Below are positions 7,362-15,800 of a stretch of 16,743 nucleotides of DNA, one piece after another (position 1 is the stretch's first letter; every line of letters begins with the position of its first letter). The translations under genes were made by a program, and so were the position numbers. A model generated the notes under the pieces. It saw nothing but the letters and a program-made list of their open reading frames with translations, was not told the DNA's origin and searched no databases. The stretch comes from a bacterium (GTDB lineage: Bacteria; Arandabacterota; Arandabacteria; Arandabacterales; JALGWA01). The stretch lies in the NCBI GenBank assembly GCA_050125095.1, contig JASFEA010000072.1, forward strand, positions 1-16,743, read 5' to 3'.

Positions 7362-8447
7362 ATGGAAGACCTGAAAGAAAGCGGGCTCGGTGCGACGCAT
7401 ACACCCCAGGAAAGACCTGCCGCGAGCGGGTCTGTAGACATCAACGAGACCGAGACTGACGAAGCGCTGCAATCCGACTCAGCCGGAAGGGCCTCGATAC
7501 GGGACAGGTTCCTCAGGGTGAACAAGGAACTCTGGCTGATACTTGGGATACTCGCCATAGCGGGCGCCATGAACTATCTGGTGACCGCGAAGCGCATGAT
7601 CATCGCCTTTTACGCAATGCCGACTCTCTACTCGGCCTATTTCTACGGGAGGCGGCACGCCGTCCTCACCGCATTTGCCAGCGTGTTCCTCATCGGCCTG
7701 TTGACTCATTTCAACCCCGAGTTCCTCAACGGCCAGAGCGGGATCTACGGCATCGAGTACGACCTCATGGTCTGGGGCGGCACGCTTGTGCTTACCGCCT
7801 ACGCCATGGGCACGCTTCACGAAAGAGAGCGACGTCGAATAGACGAGCTCAGAGAGACATACCAGGGCCTGCTCGTCATCTTGAGGCAGCTGGTATGCAA
7901 TGACAGCGCCTCTGAGAATCACGCCCACAGAGTATCCAATTACGCCAGCACCATAGCCGAATACCATGGACTCAAGGCCGAGCGAATCGAGGACGTGCGG
8001 GCGGCCTCACTTCTCCATGACATCGCGGGGCTCGAGACCAGCAGGAACCTCCTTGAAAAGGCGAGCCGGACCATGCTTGAAGAACCAGGTCCCAGGGCCG
8101 GGCGCCGCAGCCCGAAGTCGCGCAGAGAGCCGGCCGTCGGACGGATACATCGCATAGTCCCTATCATACTGGGATGTCGCCTGAGCTATGACTCCCGGAG
8201 AAACGACAACTCGGGGGGAGAGGAAATCCCCCTGGAGGCTCGCATTATCAAGGTCGCGGACGCCTATGACTCGCTTATCACCGACCGCCCGGGCCGCAAG
8301 GCAATAAGCCCGCTCGAGGCCAAGAACGTCATCGACAGGGAGTCGGGAAGCGAGTTTGACCCGACCGTCGTACACGCTTTCAAACGGGCTTTCAGGAAGG
8401 GCGACCTCGGTGTGCCGGAGCTGCTCGAGCAGCACTCCGACGCCTAG
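7362..8447 (+). CDS. Membrane-anchored HD-GYP family protein, degenerate active site
   Basis: An N-terminal region with 3-4 hydrophobic segments and a coiled linker (ERERRRIDELRETY) precedes HAHRV, AASLLHDI and GEEIPLEARIIKVADAYDSLITDRPGRKA...GSEFDPTVVHAF. The HHExxDGxGYP motif is absent. Start follows GGGGGA. Confidence 0.88.
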   Translation: MEDLKESGLGATHTPQERPAASGSVDINETETDEALQSDSAGRASIRDRFLRVNKELWLILGILAIAGAMNYLVTAKRMIIAFYAMPTLYSAYFYGRRHAVLTAFASVFLIGLLTHFNPEFLNGQSGIYGIEYDLMVWGGTLVLTAYAMGTLHERERRRIDELRETYQGLLVILRQLVCNDSASENHAHRVSNYASTIAEYHGLKAERIEDVRAASLLHDIAGLETSRNLLEKASRTMLEEPGPRAGRRSPKSRREPAVGRIHRIVPIILGCRLSYDSRRNDNSGGEEIPLEARIIKVADAYDSLITDRPGRKAISPLEAKNVIDRESGSEFDPTVVHAFKRAFRKGDLGVPELLEQHSDA

Positions 8448-8515
8448 CGCTTTCGCTGCCCGCGCCGACTGCCTGACTGCGGGCGCCTTTTTCCCGGCCT
8501 GTTGCGGAGTTCCGA

Positions 8516-8544
8516 TTGACAACCGGCTTCAACTCTGATACGCT
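8516..8544 (+). promoter_or_regulatory. Sigma70-type promoter of the cobalamin riboswitch/btuB operon
   Basis: Perfect TTGACA (8516-8521), 17 bp, then TACGCT (8539-8544) with extended -10 TG (8536-8537), directly upstream of the riboswitch. Confidence 0.75.
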
Positions 8545-8554
8545 GCCCTCAGAG

Positions 8555-8735
8555 AATTGAATAGCGTTCCCCGGTGTCGGAACCGACTCAAAAGGGAAGC
8601 GAGGTGAGATCCCTCCGCGGTCCCGCCACTGTGATTGGCCAGCCGAACCTCTTTCGGCCACGGGGCATCGAACCGATGACCTGGAAGGCGAGGCGAGGCG
8701 TTTGAGCCATAAGCCAGGAGACCTGCCGGGGACAT
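8555..8735 (+). ncRNA. Cobalamin (B12) riboswitch aptamer, long AdoCbl-type
   Basis: P1 is TCCCCGGT (8568-8575) pairing with GCCGGGGA (8725-8732). Also present: AAAAGGGAA, the GAGG-TGAGAT-CCCTC T-loop hairpin, CCCGCCACTGTGA, a second GCCACGGG...GGAAGGC extension, and the B12 box AAGCCAGGAGACCTGCC (8711-8727). It lies upstream of a TonB-dependent receptor. Confidence 0.96.
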
Positions 8736-8770
8736 CCCACGGAACTCTTCGCGGCAAAGAGGTGGGCCGG

Positions 8771-8806
8771 GTCCGGCTTATGCGAAGAGCCGGACTTTGT
8801 TTTTTC
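8771..8806 (+). terminator. Intrinsic terminator (attenuator) of the riboswitch expression platform
   Basis: Perfect 8-bp stem GTCCGGCT (8771-8778)/AGCCGGAC (8788-8795), followed immediately by TTTGTTTTTT. Confidence 0.88.
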
Positions 8807-8850
8807 ACAAGGGTCCCGTGGGCGGGCTTACCGCCGAGCGAGGGCTCTTG

Positions 8851-10938
8851 GTGAAAGCGCATGTTTACATTTCGGGGGCGGCTCTGGCCGTAATGGCCCT
8901 GCCGGCGCTCTTCCTCCCCGCGCAGGCCGCCGACCTCTCCCATGCAATTACGTTTCGCGACAGCGTCTGGCATCTCTCCGAGATCCTGGTCGAGGCCGAG
9001 AGAATGGTGGACGTGGCCGAGATCGAGAACCGCCCGGGTTTCATTGCAATAGTGCCGATGGACGACGTCAGCCGCCGCGTGACAAGCGCGGGCGATTATC
9101 TCGCGCAGACGGTCGGCTTCCATGTGAGGAGCACGGGCGGCTACGGGGCCTACAGCACGGCGTCGATCCGCGGGTCTTCGGCCCAGCAGGTGAAGGTTTT
9201 CCTGGACGGAGTTCCCCTCCACCAGGCCCAGGCCGGCGTTGTAAACCTCGCCGACCTGCCCACTTCATCGATTTCCAGGATCGAGGTCTATCGCGGGTAC
9301 GGGCCGTTCGACCTGAGCGGCAGCAGCATCGGCGGCGTGGTCAACCTCGTGACCCGCGCTCCCGGCGAACGGGGCCGCGGACATATTACGGCGTCATACG
9401 GTTCGCTTGCCACGATGAGGCTCGGCGGGAGCTATTCCTTCTCGGGGCGCTCCTGGAATTTCCTGGGTCTGGGGTCCTTCACCACCACTGAGGGCGATTA
9501 CACCTTCATCGACGACAACGGCACACCTTATACCCGGAGCGACGACGCGGAGGTGCGGCGCCTCAACAACGCGCTTGATGAAGTGGAAGGTCTCGTCAAG
9601 GCAACCGGGCCGGTCGGGGGCGGCACCCTGGTCGCCTCGAGCCAGCTCTACCGCAGGAACCAGGGCCTGCCCGGTTACAGCACCGTTCAGTCAACCACGG
9701 AGGGAATGACCAGGCAGTACAGCCTCACCCATCTGGCCTGGCACTTCGCGGACGGGGCGGCCGGCATCCCCCGAATAGCACTGGGGCTTCATTATCTTTA
9801 CCAGATCGACCGTTTCACCGACCGGAAGCCCCTCACATCAGGCGGCAAGCCGGACGAGGACAACAGGACGACCTCTTTCGGCGGTACCTTCCGGTGGGGG
9901 CTCGCGCTCCCGGACATCCGCCAGTCCTTACGGGGACTCGTCGCTTTCACGCGTGAGTCGTTCCGTCCGCGGGAGACCGCAACGGTGACCGTGGAAGGCG
10001 AAACCCAGAGACGAAACACCCTTGCATTGTCGGTGGAGGACGAGGTTTTCGTATACCGCGACCTGGTGCGCGTGATCCCCTCGATGAGGTTCGAGACCTA
10101 CACCGACCATATGACGCCCTTCACAGAAGTCCGCGCCGACATGGCGTCCTACTACCGGAACATGACGGACACCCGGGTTACTCACTCGCATCCGTCGGGA
10201 TCGATAGGCATCATATTGGAGCCCGGGGCCGGGCTTAGCGTCAAGGCCAATTACGGCCGGTATTACAGGATCCCTTCTCTCATGGAGCTCTTCGGCTACA
10301 GGGGGATGGTTGTACCGAATCCCGGCCTTGAGCCCGAGTCGGGGACTAACCGCGACATCGGCCTGGGATGGGAACACACCTTCGGCCGGTCGAGATCGCT
10401 TGTCGCCGAACTGGCTTACTTCCGGTCCGACGTGGACAACCTAATAATGTACAACTATCTCCAGTGGGCCCGGGCGGCCCAGGCGGTGAATATAAACAGC
10501 GCGGAAGTGAGGGGCTACGAGTTTTCATTCTCGATGGGCGGGCTGTACGGCTTCGCCATGCGCGGCAACATCACGCATCTGCGCGCCATTGACACCGGCC
10601 CGGTGGCCTATACCAGCGGCAAATACCTCCCGAACCGCCCCGGCCTCGAGGCCCATGCGAGGCTGTCCTGGGCCGGCCACAGGCTGTCGGCCTTCTACGA
10701 ATACGATTATGTATCGGGTAACTACTGGAACGCATACAACGGGGTGGCTCCCAACAATAAGGGACCCCTCTTCGACATACGCCGTTTTCACGCGCTGGGC
10801 GTGACGGCTCCTGCGGGTCTTCCGCGCACCACATTCACGCTTGAGATAAGGAACCTCAGCGACGAGCACGTGGAAGACGTGATGGGCTACCCCCTGCCGG
10901 GGCGCTCTGTTTACGGGACTCTGTCTTTAGAACTCTGA
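8851..10938 (+). CDS. btuB: TonB-dependent outer-membrane receptor, probable cobalamin transporter
   Basis: Signal peptide (VKAHVYISGAALAVMALPALFLPAQA), TonB-box-like LSEILVEAER, and plug motifs STASIRGSSAQQVKVFLDGVPL...ISRIEVYRG...IGGVVNLVTR. Barrel motifs include PSLMELFG...NPGLEPE and NLSDE...GYPLPGRSVYGTL. It sits under a cobalamin riboswitch. The start was moved to GTG 8851 because TTG 8797 lies in the terminator U-tract. Confidence 0.88.
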   Translation: MKAHVYISGAALAVMALPALFLPAQAADLSHAITFRDSVWHLSEILVEAERMVDVAEIENRPGFIAIVPMDDVSRRVTSAGDYLAQTVGFHVRSTGGYGAYSTASIRGSSAQQVKVFLDGVPLHQAQAGVVNLADLPTSSISRIEVYRGYGPFDLSGSSIGGVVNLVTRAPGERGRGHITASYGSLATMRLGGSYSFSGRSWNFLGLGSFTTTEGDYTFIDDNGTPYTRSDDAEVRRLNNALDEVEGLVKATGPVGGGTLVASSQLYRRNQGLPGYSTVQSTTEGMTRQYSLTHLAWHFADGAAGIPRIALGLHYLYQIDRFTDRKPLTSGGKPDEDNRTTSFGGTFRWGLALPDIRQSLRGLVAFTRESFRPRETATVTVEGETQRRNTLALSVEDEVFVYRDLVRVIPSMRFETYTDHMTPFTEVRADMASYYRNMTDTRVTHSHPSGSIGIILEPGAGLSVKANYGRYYRIPSLMELFGYRGMVVPNPGLEPESGTNRDIGLGWEHTFGRSRSLVAELAYFRSDVDNLIMYNYLQWARAAQAVNINSAEVRGYEFSFSMGGLYGFAMRGNITHLRAIDTGPVAYTSGKYLPNRPGLEAHARLSWAGHRLSAFYEYDYVSGNYWNAYNGVAPNNKGPLFDIRRFHALGVTAPAGLPRTTFTLEIRNLSDEHVEDVMGYPLPGRSVYGTLSLEL

Positions 10939-10964
10939 ATGGAACAGGAAAGTGAGAAAGCAAC

Positions 10965-12422
10965 ATGACGCAAAATGTTAATACCCGGACTCTCTCCGTG
11001 GTCGCGCTCCTTGCGATACTGACGGCGGGCGTCCCCGCCATCGCGGGAGACGAGTACGCGTTCGTATTGACGACCGACTATTACACCGCCGCCTATTACT
11101 CGACGATCGAGGCGGAGCCCCCTTACACTGCGGATGTCAGCATATCCAGCGTTAACGCGGATGCGGTGGCCTACTATGACGAGGGTGAGGACATGGTATT
11201 CGTCGTCAACCGCTTCCTCGCCGACAACATACAGATCGTGGACCCCGGTTCCGGATTCGCGACCACGGGGCAGTACTCCGTCGGAAACGGTTCCAATCCC
11301 CATGACATAAGACTGGCCGGTCCCGACAAAGCTTATGTCTCGAGGTTCGAGTGGAATACGCTCTTTATCTGCGATCCCTATACAGGAGACTCGCTCGGCG
11401 CGATTGACCTCTCTGAGTTTGCCGACACCGACGGCATACCCGAGATGGACCGCATGGCAATAGTCGGAGACAGGCTGTTTGTCACCCTGAACATGATCGA
11501 CCATACGACCTGGCTCCCCACCGGGCCCGGGAAGATCGCGGTGATCGACGTCGCGGCCGATACGCTTGTCGACGCGGATCCCATTGCGCCCGGCGTCCAG
11601 CCCATAGTGCTCTCCCTCGCCAATCCCTACACCGAACTCCGCCATGACCCCTGCAGGGGCGAACTCACGATCGGCTGCCTGGGGGGCTGGGGAGTGATGG
11701 ACGGAGGAGTGGAGCTCATAGACCCCTTCACGCTGGAAAGCAAGGGCGTAATAGCCACGGAGTTCCAGCTGGGCGGCGACGTCTCGGACGTGCTCCTGTC
11801 CCCCGGCGCCAGAGGATACGCCGTCGTCATGGACTCGACGCCGTGGCCCGACAACTTCGCCCGCCTCGTGTCATTCGGCCGCGCGACGGGTGAGGTGCTG
11901 GACACGCTTTATGTACAGAGCACGGGCGGCGGAGCTACGCTGGCCGGAATCGAGATGAGCCGTCAGGGCGAGGTCTATCTCTGCGACCGTGACGTCACCC
12001 GGCCGCGCGTCCGCATATACGACTTTCCCGTCGATACACTTATAACAACGGTGGACGTGGGAGTGCCTCCCTATGACATAGTTCTTGTGCAACAAGCACA
12101 TGCGGGCGTGCCCGGGCAGCCTTCGGGGCCGCCGGATCCGAACCCGTCTGCGCTGCTGGTTTGCCCGAATCCCGCGCGCCTTGAAGCAGCCATACGCTTT
12201 GAATTGCCCGGCGAAGCTCCTGCGGCTCCTCTTGAAATATCTGTCCACGATGTCATGGGCCGTCTTGTGCGATCGCTCGAGGCGGGAATATGCGGCGCTG
12301 GACCCCATGAGATCGTCTGGGACGGAACCGACGACCGCGGCCGCAGTGTCGCAGGCGGCATTTACTACTGCCGGCTGGCGGGCGGCCGGGAGGGCTGCGC
12401 CCGGGTCGTGTTGTTGCGCTGA
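10965..12422 (+). CDS. Secreted YncE/BtuG-like beta-propeller with C-terminal FlgD-Ig/T9SS-like sorting domain; probable B12-capture protein
   Basis: Starts 26 bp after btuB on the same strand. SPI-type signal peptide without Cys. Propeller blades include VFVVNRFLADNIQIVDP, GSNPHDI...KAYVSR, DRLFVTL, KIAVIDV and TVDVGVPPYDI. A Pro-rich linker leads to the tail CPNP...IRFELP...VHDVMGRLVRSL...WDGTDDRGRSVAGGIYYCRL...VVLLR. Confidence 0.82.
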   Translation: MTQNVNTRTLSVVALLAILTAGVPAIAGDEYAFVLTTDYYTAAYYSTIEAEPPYTADVSISSVNADAVAYYDEGEDMVFVVNRFLADNIQIVDPGSGFATTGQYSVGNGSNPHDIRLAGPDKAYVSRFEWNTLFICDPYTGDSLGAIDLSEFADTDGIPEMDRMAIVGDRLFVTLNMIDHTTWLPTGPGKIAVIDVAADTLVDADPIAPGVQPIVLSLANPYTELRHDPCRGELTIGCLGGWGVMDGGVELIDPFTLESKGVIATEFQLGGDVSDVLLSPGARGYAVVMDSTPWPDNFARLVSFGRATGEVLDTLYVQSTGGGATLAGIEMSRQGEVYLCDRDVTRPRVRIYDFPVDTLITTVDVGVPPYDIVLVQQAHAGVPGQPSGPPDPNPSALLVCPNPARLEAAIRFELPGEAPAAPLEISVHDVMGRLVRSLEAGICGAGPHEIVWDGTDDRGRSVAGGIYYCRLAGGREGCARVVLLR

Positions 12423-12447
12423 CTTCGCTTCCGGGTTCGCTTATGAT

Positions 12448-12477
12448 TTGACAATGGCAAGCAGCAGGGGATAGAAT
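12448..12477 (+). promoter_or_regulatory. Sigma70-type promoter for the small repeat protein
   Basis: TTGACA (12448-12453), 18 bp, then TAGAAT (12472-12477). Confidence 0.7.
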
Positions 12478-12596
12478 AATCCCGAAAGCAGGATTGCGAA
12501 GTACGGGCTGTTGCAATGAGCTGCAGACTGCACCGTCCGATGGGGCCTCCGGGGACCCCGGGTTCCCGGCCGCAGGCCGAAAGGAGGATAAGCCCC

Positions 12597-12815
12597 ATGC
12601 TGCGAAGCATCGAAGAGCTCATCAAGATCGCCCAGGCAGGTGGCGGTTTCACGATGGACGCCAGCCGCTGCACCACCGAGGAAGTGCTCCGCGTTGCCAG
12701 AGTAGCGGGCGAGTGCGGCGCGGAAGTAAGGATCTCCAGGATCTGCGGCAAGACTACCGATGATCTTGTCAAGATAGCGATCGCAGGAAAGGGCCACGTC
12801 TTCTTCGAAATCTAG
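12597..12815 (+). CDS. Small hypothetical protein (72 aa) with three internal repeats
   Basis: Strong SD AAGGAGG (12581-12587) lies 9 nt before ATG 12597. Repeats are RSIEELIKIAQAG, CTTEEVLRVARVA and KTTDDLVKIAIAG. It has its own promoter. Confidence 0.8.
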   Translation: MLRSIEELIKIAQAGGGFTMDASRCTTEEVLRVARVAGECGAEVRISRICGKTTDDLVKIAIAGKGHVFFEI

Positions 12816-12835
12816 AAGAAGCCGCGGCCCGAGAA

Positions 12836-15800
12836 TCAGTCGGCGAGTAGCGGTCCCTCTCTCCTCCCCTCTATATACCCATATGCGGCCGGAATCACAA
12901 ACAACGTAAGAAGCGTAGAAGTAGTGAGCCCGAAAACGACAACGGCGGCGAGCGGCCTCTGCACCTCGGCGCCTATGCCGCGCGCCACGAGCAGGGGAAG
13001 AAGCCCCAGTACTGTCGTGAGGGCCGTCATGAGAACCGGGCGCAGCCTGAGCAGCCCGCCCTCAACGATGGCCTCGTTGAGTGTACTGCCTCCCTTCCTC
13101 AGCTGGTTGAAGTAGGTTACCAGCACAACGCCGTTCTGAACCGCAATGCCGAAGAGCGCAATGAAACCAACTGAGGCGGGAACCGAAACGTACTCACCCG
13201 TCACCAGCAACCCGACCACTCCGCCCACAAGCGCGAGCGGGACGTTCAGCAGAATAATGAGCGCATGCCGCGGCGTCCCGAACGAAATCCATAGCAGCAG
13301 GAAGACGATCCCGATCACGACGGGTACAATCACTCCCAGCCGCTGCATGGCGCGCTGCTGATTCTCGAATTGCCCACCGTACTCGATGAAGTAACCCGGG
13401 GGCAGGTCGACCCTCTCGTCTATACGGTCGCGGATGTCCTCGAACACGCTGCCGAGGTCCCTGCCCCGCACGTTGCCCTGGACCACCCATCGCCGCTGGT
13501 TCTTCTCCCGGTTTATCTGTATGGGCCCGGTGACCGGGCTTACGGACGCGACCTGAGAGAGCGGAACATGTGCGCCGTCCTCGGTGTGCACAAGTGAGTT
13601 GGCTATGGCGTCCAGGGTCGCCCTGTATTCCTCCTGATACCTCACATGTATACCGAAGCGACGCGTATTGAGATAGATATGATCGACGACCTCTCCACCC
13701 ACCGCCAGTTCCACGACTTCCAGTATATCGCCCACCGTAACGCCGTATCGCGAGCACGCCCGGCGGTCTGCTACAACCTGCACCTGCGGCTGGCCGAAGC
13801 TCTGTTCGACCGACAGGTCGACGAGTCCCGGAACATCGCCTATCGCGTTGTGGACTTCATTTGCCTTCTGCCTGAGTAGTCCGAGATCTTCGCCGAAGAC
13901 TTTGATCGCAAGCTGGGCCTTTATGCCCGATAGGAGCTCGTCGAAGGCGTTCTGGATGGGCTGCGTGAAGTTCAGGTTGACGCCCGGATACGTAGAGAGC
14001 TCCCTGTCGAGGGCGGCGATGAGCTCGCGTTTGCTTCCGTAGTCCTCCCACTCCCCCGTGGGCTTGAGCTCGATATGTATCTCGGCGTAGTTGACCGGGT
14101 GCGGGTGGCTACCCGCCTCGGGCCGCCCGATGCGAGAGACGGTCTCGTCAACCTCGTCGAAAGTCATAATGCGCCGTTCCAGTCGCATCACCGTCTCCGT
14201 GGCTTTCTCAAGCGATATCGAGGGCGCCATGGTCACGCCTACGAGAATCGAACCTTCCTCCAGGGTCGGAATGAACTCGGTTCCGACCAGCGAAAGACCG
14301 GTGAGGCTAAGGACGAAGGCGGCAAGCGCCGCCGCGAGGACAAACCGCCTGTGGGCCAGCGCCCATAGCAACCTGGGCTTATAGGCGCTCTTTATCTTGT
14401 GCAGGAATACGAACTCGGCGTGCTTCCCCTCCCGCAGCAGATAAGACGAGAGCACCGGGGATACGAGCAGGGCCGTCACGAGTGAGCCCAGGAGGGCGAA
14501 AGCTATCGTGAAAGCCATGGGAGAAAACATCTTCCCCTCTATGCCCTGCAGCGTGAATATGGGCAGGAACACAGCCACGATTATAATGATGGAAAAGACA
14601 ATCGGACGGCTGACCTCGGCTGCGGCCTCTGCTATTACATGTCTCTCGTCGGCCGGCCCTCTGTCCTCCCTGTTGAGGTGGCGGTAGATATTCTCGACCA
14701 TCACAATGGCGCCGTCGCCGAGCATGCCGATCGCTATGGCAATCCCGCCCAGGGACATGAGGTTAGCCGAGATGTCGAAGTGGCCCATGGCGATTACTGC
14801 GATCAGGGCGCAAAGCGGCAGCGATAGGGCCACGATGGCTGCCGTCCGGAAGTTCCCAAGGAAGGCGACGAGCGTTATGAAGACGAGAATCGCGCCGATC
14901 AGGAGGGCCCGCTTCACGGTGCCCGTGGCCTCCCGGACAAGTTCGGCCTGCTCGTAATAGGGAACGAGCTCGACGCCCGCGGGAAGTGATGCCCTGACCT
15001 CCTCGACCTTCTCGTAAAGCCGCTCGATCACGCGCGAGGTGTTCTCGCCGTAGAGCTTGAGCACCATTCCCGAGACGACTTCGTTCCGGCCGTTGCGGGT
15101 CACGACGCCTCTCCGGATCTCATTCCCGTACTCCACCCTCGCCACGTCTCCGATCCTCACGGGGACGCCGTCCTCGACCTTGACCGGGATTCCACTTATG
15201 TCTTCCAGCGTCTCAAGAAGACCGACGCCTCTTACGAGGTGCTCCTCGGAGCCCAGGACCAGGAACTGCCCGCCTGCGTTCCTGTTGTTGTCGTGGACGG
15301 CTTCCACGATGTCTTCCAGCGCCAGGCCGTACTTGTGGAGCGCGTAGGGATTGACCTGGATCTGGTACTGGAGCACATGCCCTCCGATCGAGAGTATCTC
15401 CGTGACGCCGGGCACCGTCTGCAGCTGGAACTTGACAACCCAGTCATTGAGCTCCCTTAGAAACGCGCTGCGCTCCTTGCCGCCCGTATATACCGACTCG
15501 TCCATGGTCAGGTAGTAGATGAAGATCTGGCCGAGGCCCGTGGATATCGGGCCCAGAGCCGGCGGCTCGTGCATTTCGGGAAGCTCGGCCATGGCACCAG
15601 CCAGCCTTTCGGCCACGAGCTGTCTTGCGAAGTAAATATCTATATCGTCCTGGAAGTAGACGTAAACGACCGCCATACCGAAGGCGGAAGTCGATTTGAT
15701 CTCCTTAACCCCCGGCAGTCCGTTCATGGCCGACTCCACGGGGTACGTGATTAGGCGCTCGACCTCTTCGGGCGCCATGCCATGCGCCTCCGCGAACACG

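Noticed and set aside
8797-8850. TTG start at 8797 for the TonB-dependent receptor
   Set aside because: It lies inside the terminator U-tract with no SD. GTG 8851 gives a normal signal peptide.
8392-9222. 276-aa minus-strand ORF across the riboswitch and btuB start
   Set aside because: It is Arg/Pro-rich without motifs and antisense to a well-supported riboswitch and receptor.
12478-12580. Resemblance of the leader (CCCGAAAG, GGGGACCC, GATGGGG) to c-di-GMP-I, c-di-AMP or fluoride riboswitches
   Set aside because: Only isolated short words match, and the order, spacing and other conserved elements are missing. Kept only as an unclassified structured leader.
12516-12596. Upstream ATG 12516 extending the small protein to 99 aa
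   Set aside because: The extension is Pro/Gly/Arg-rich and has no good SD, while AAGGAGG precedes ATG 12597.
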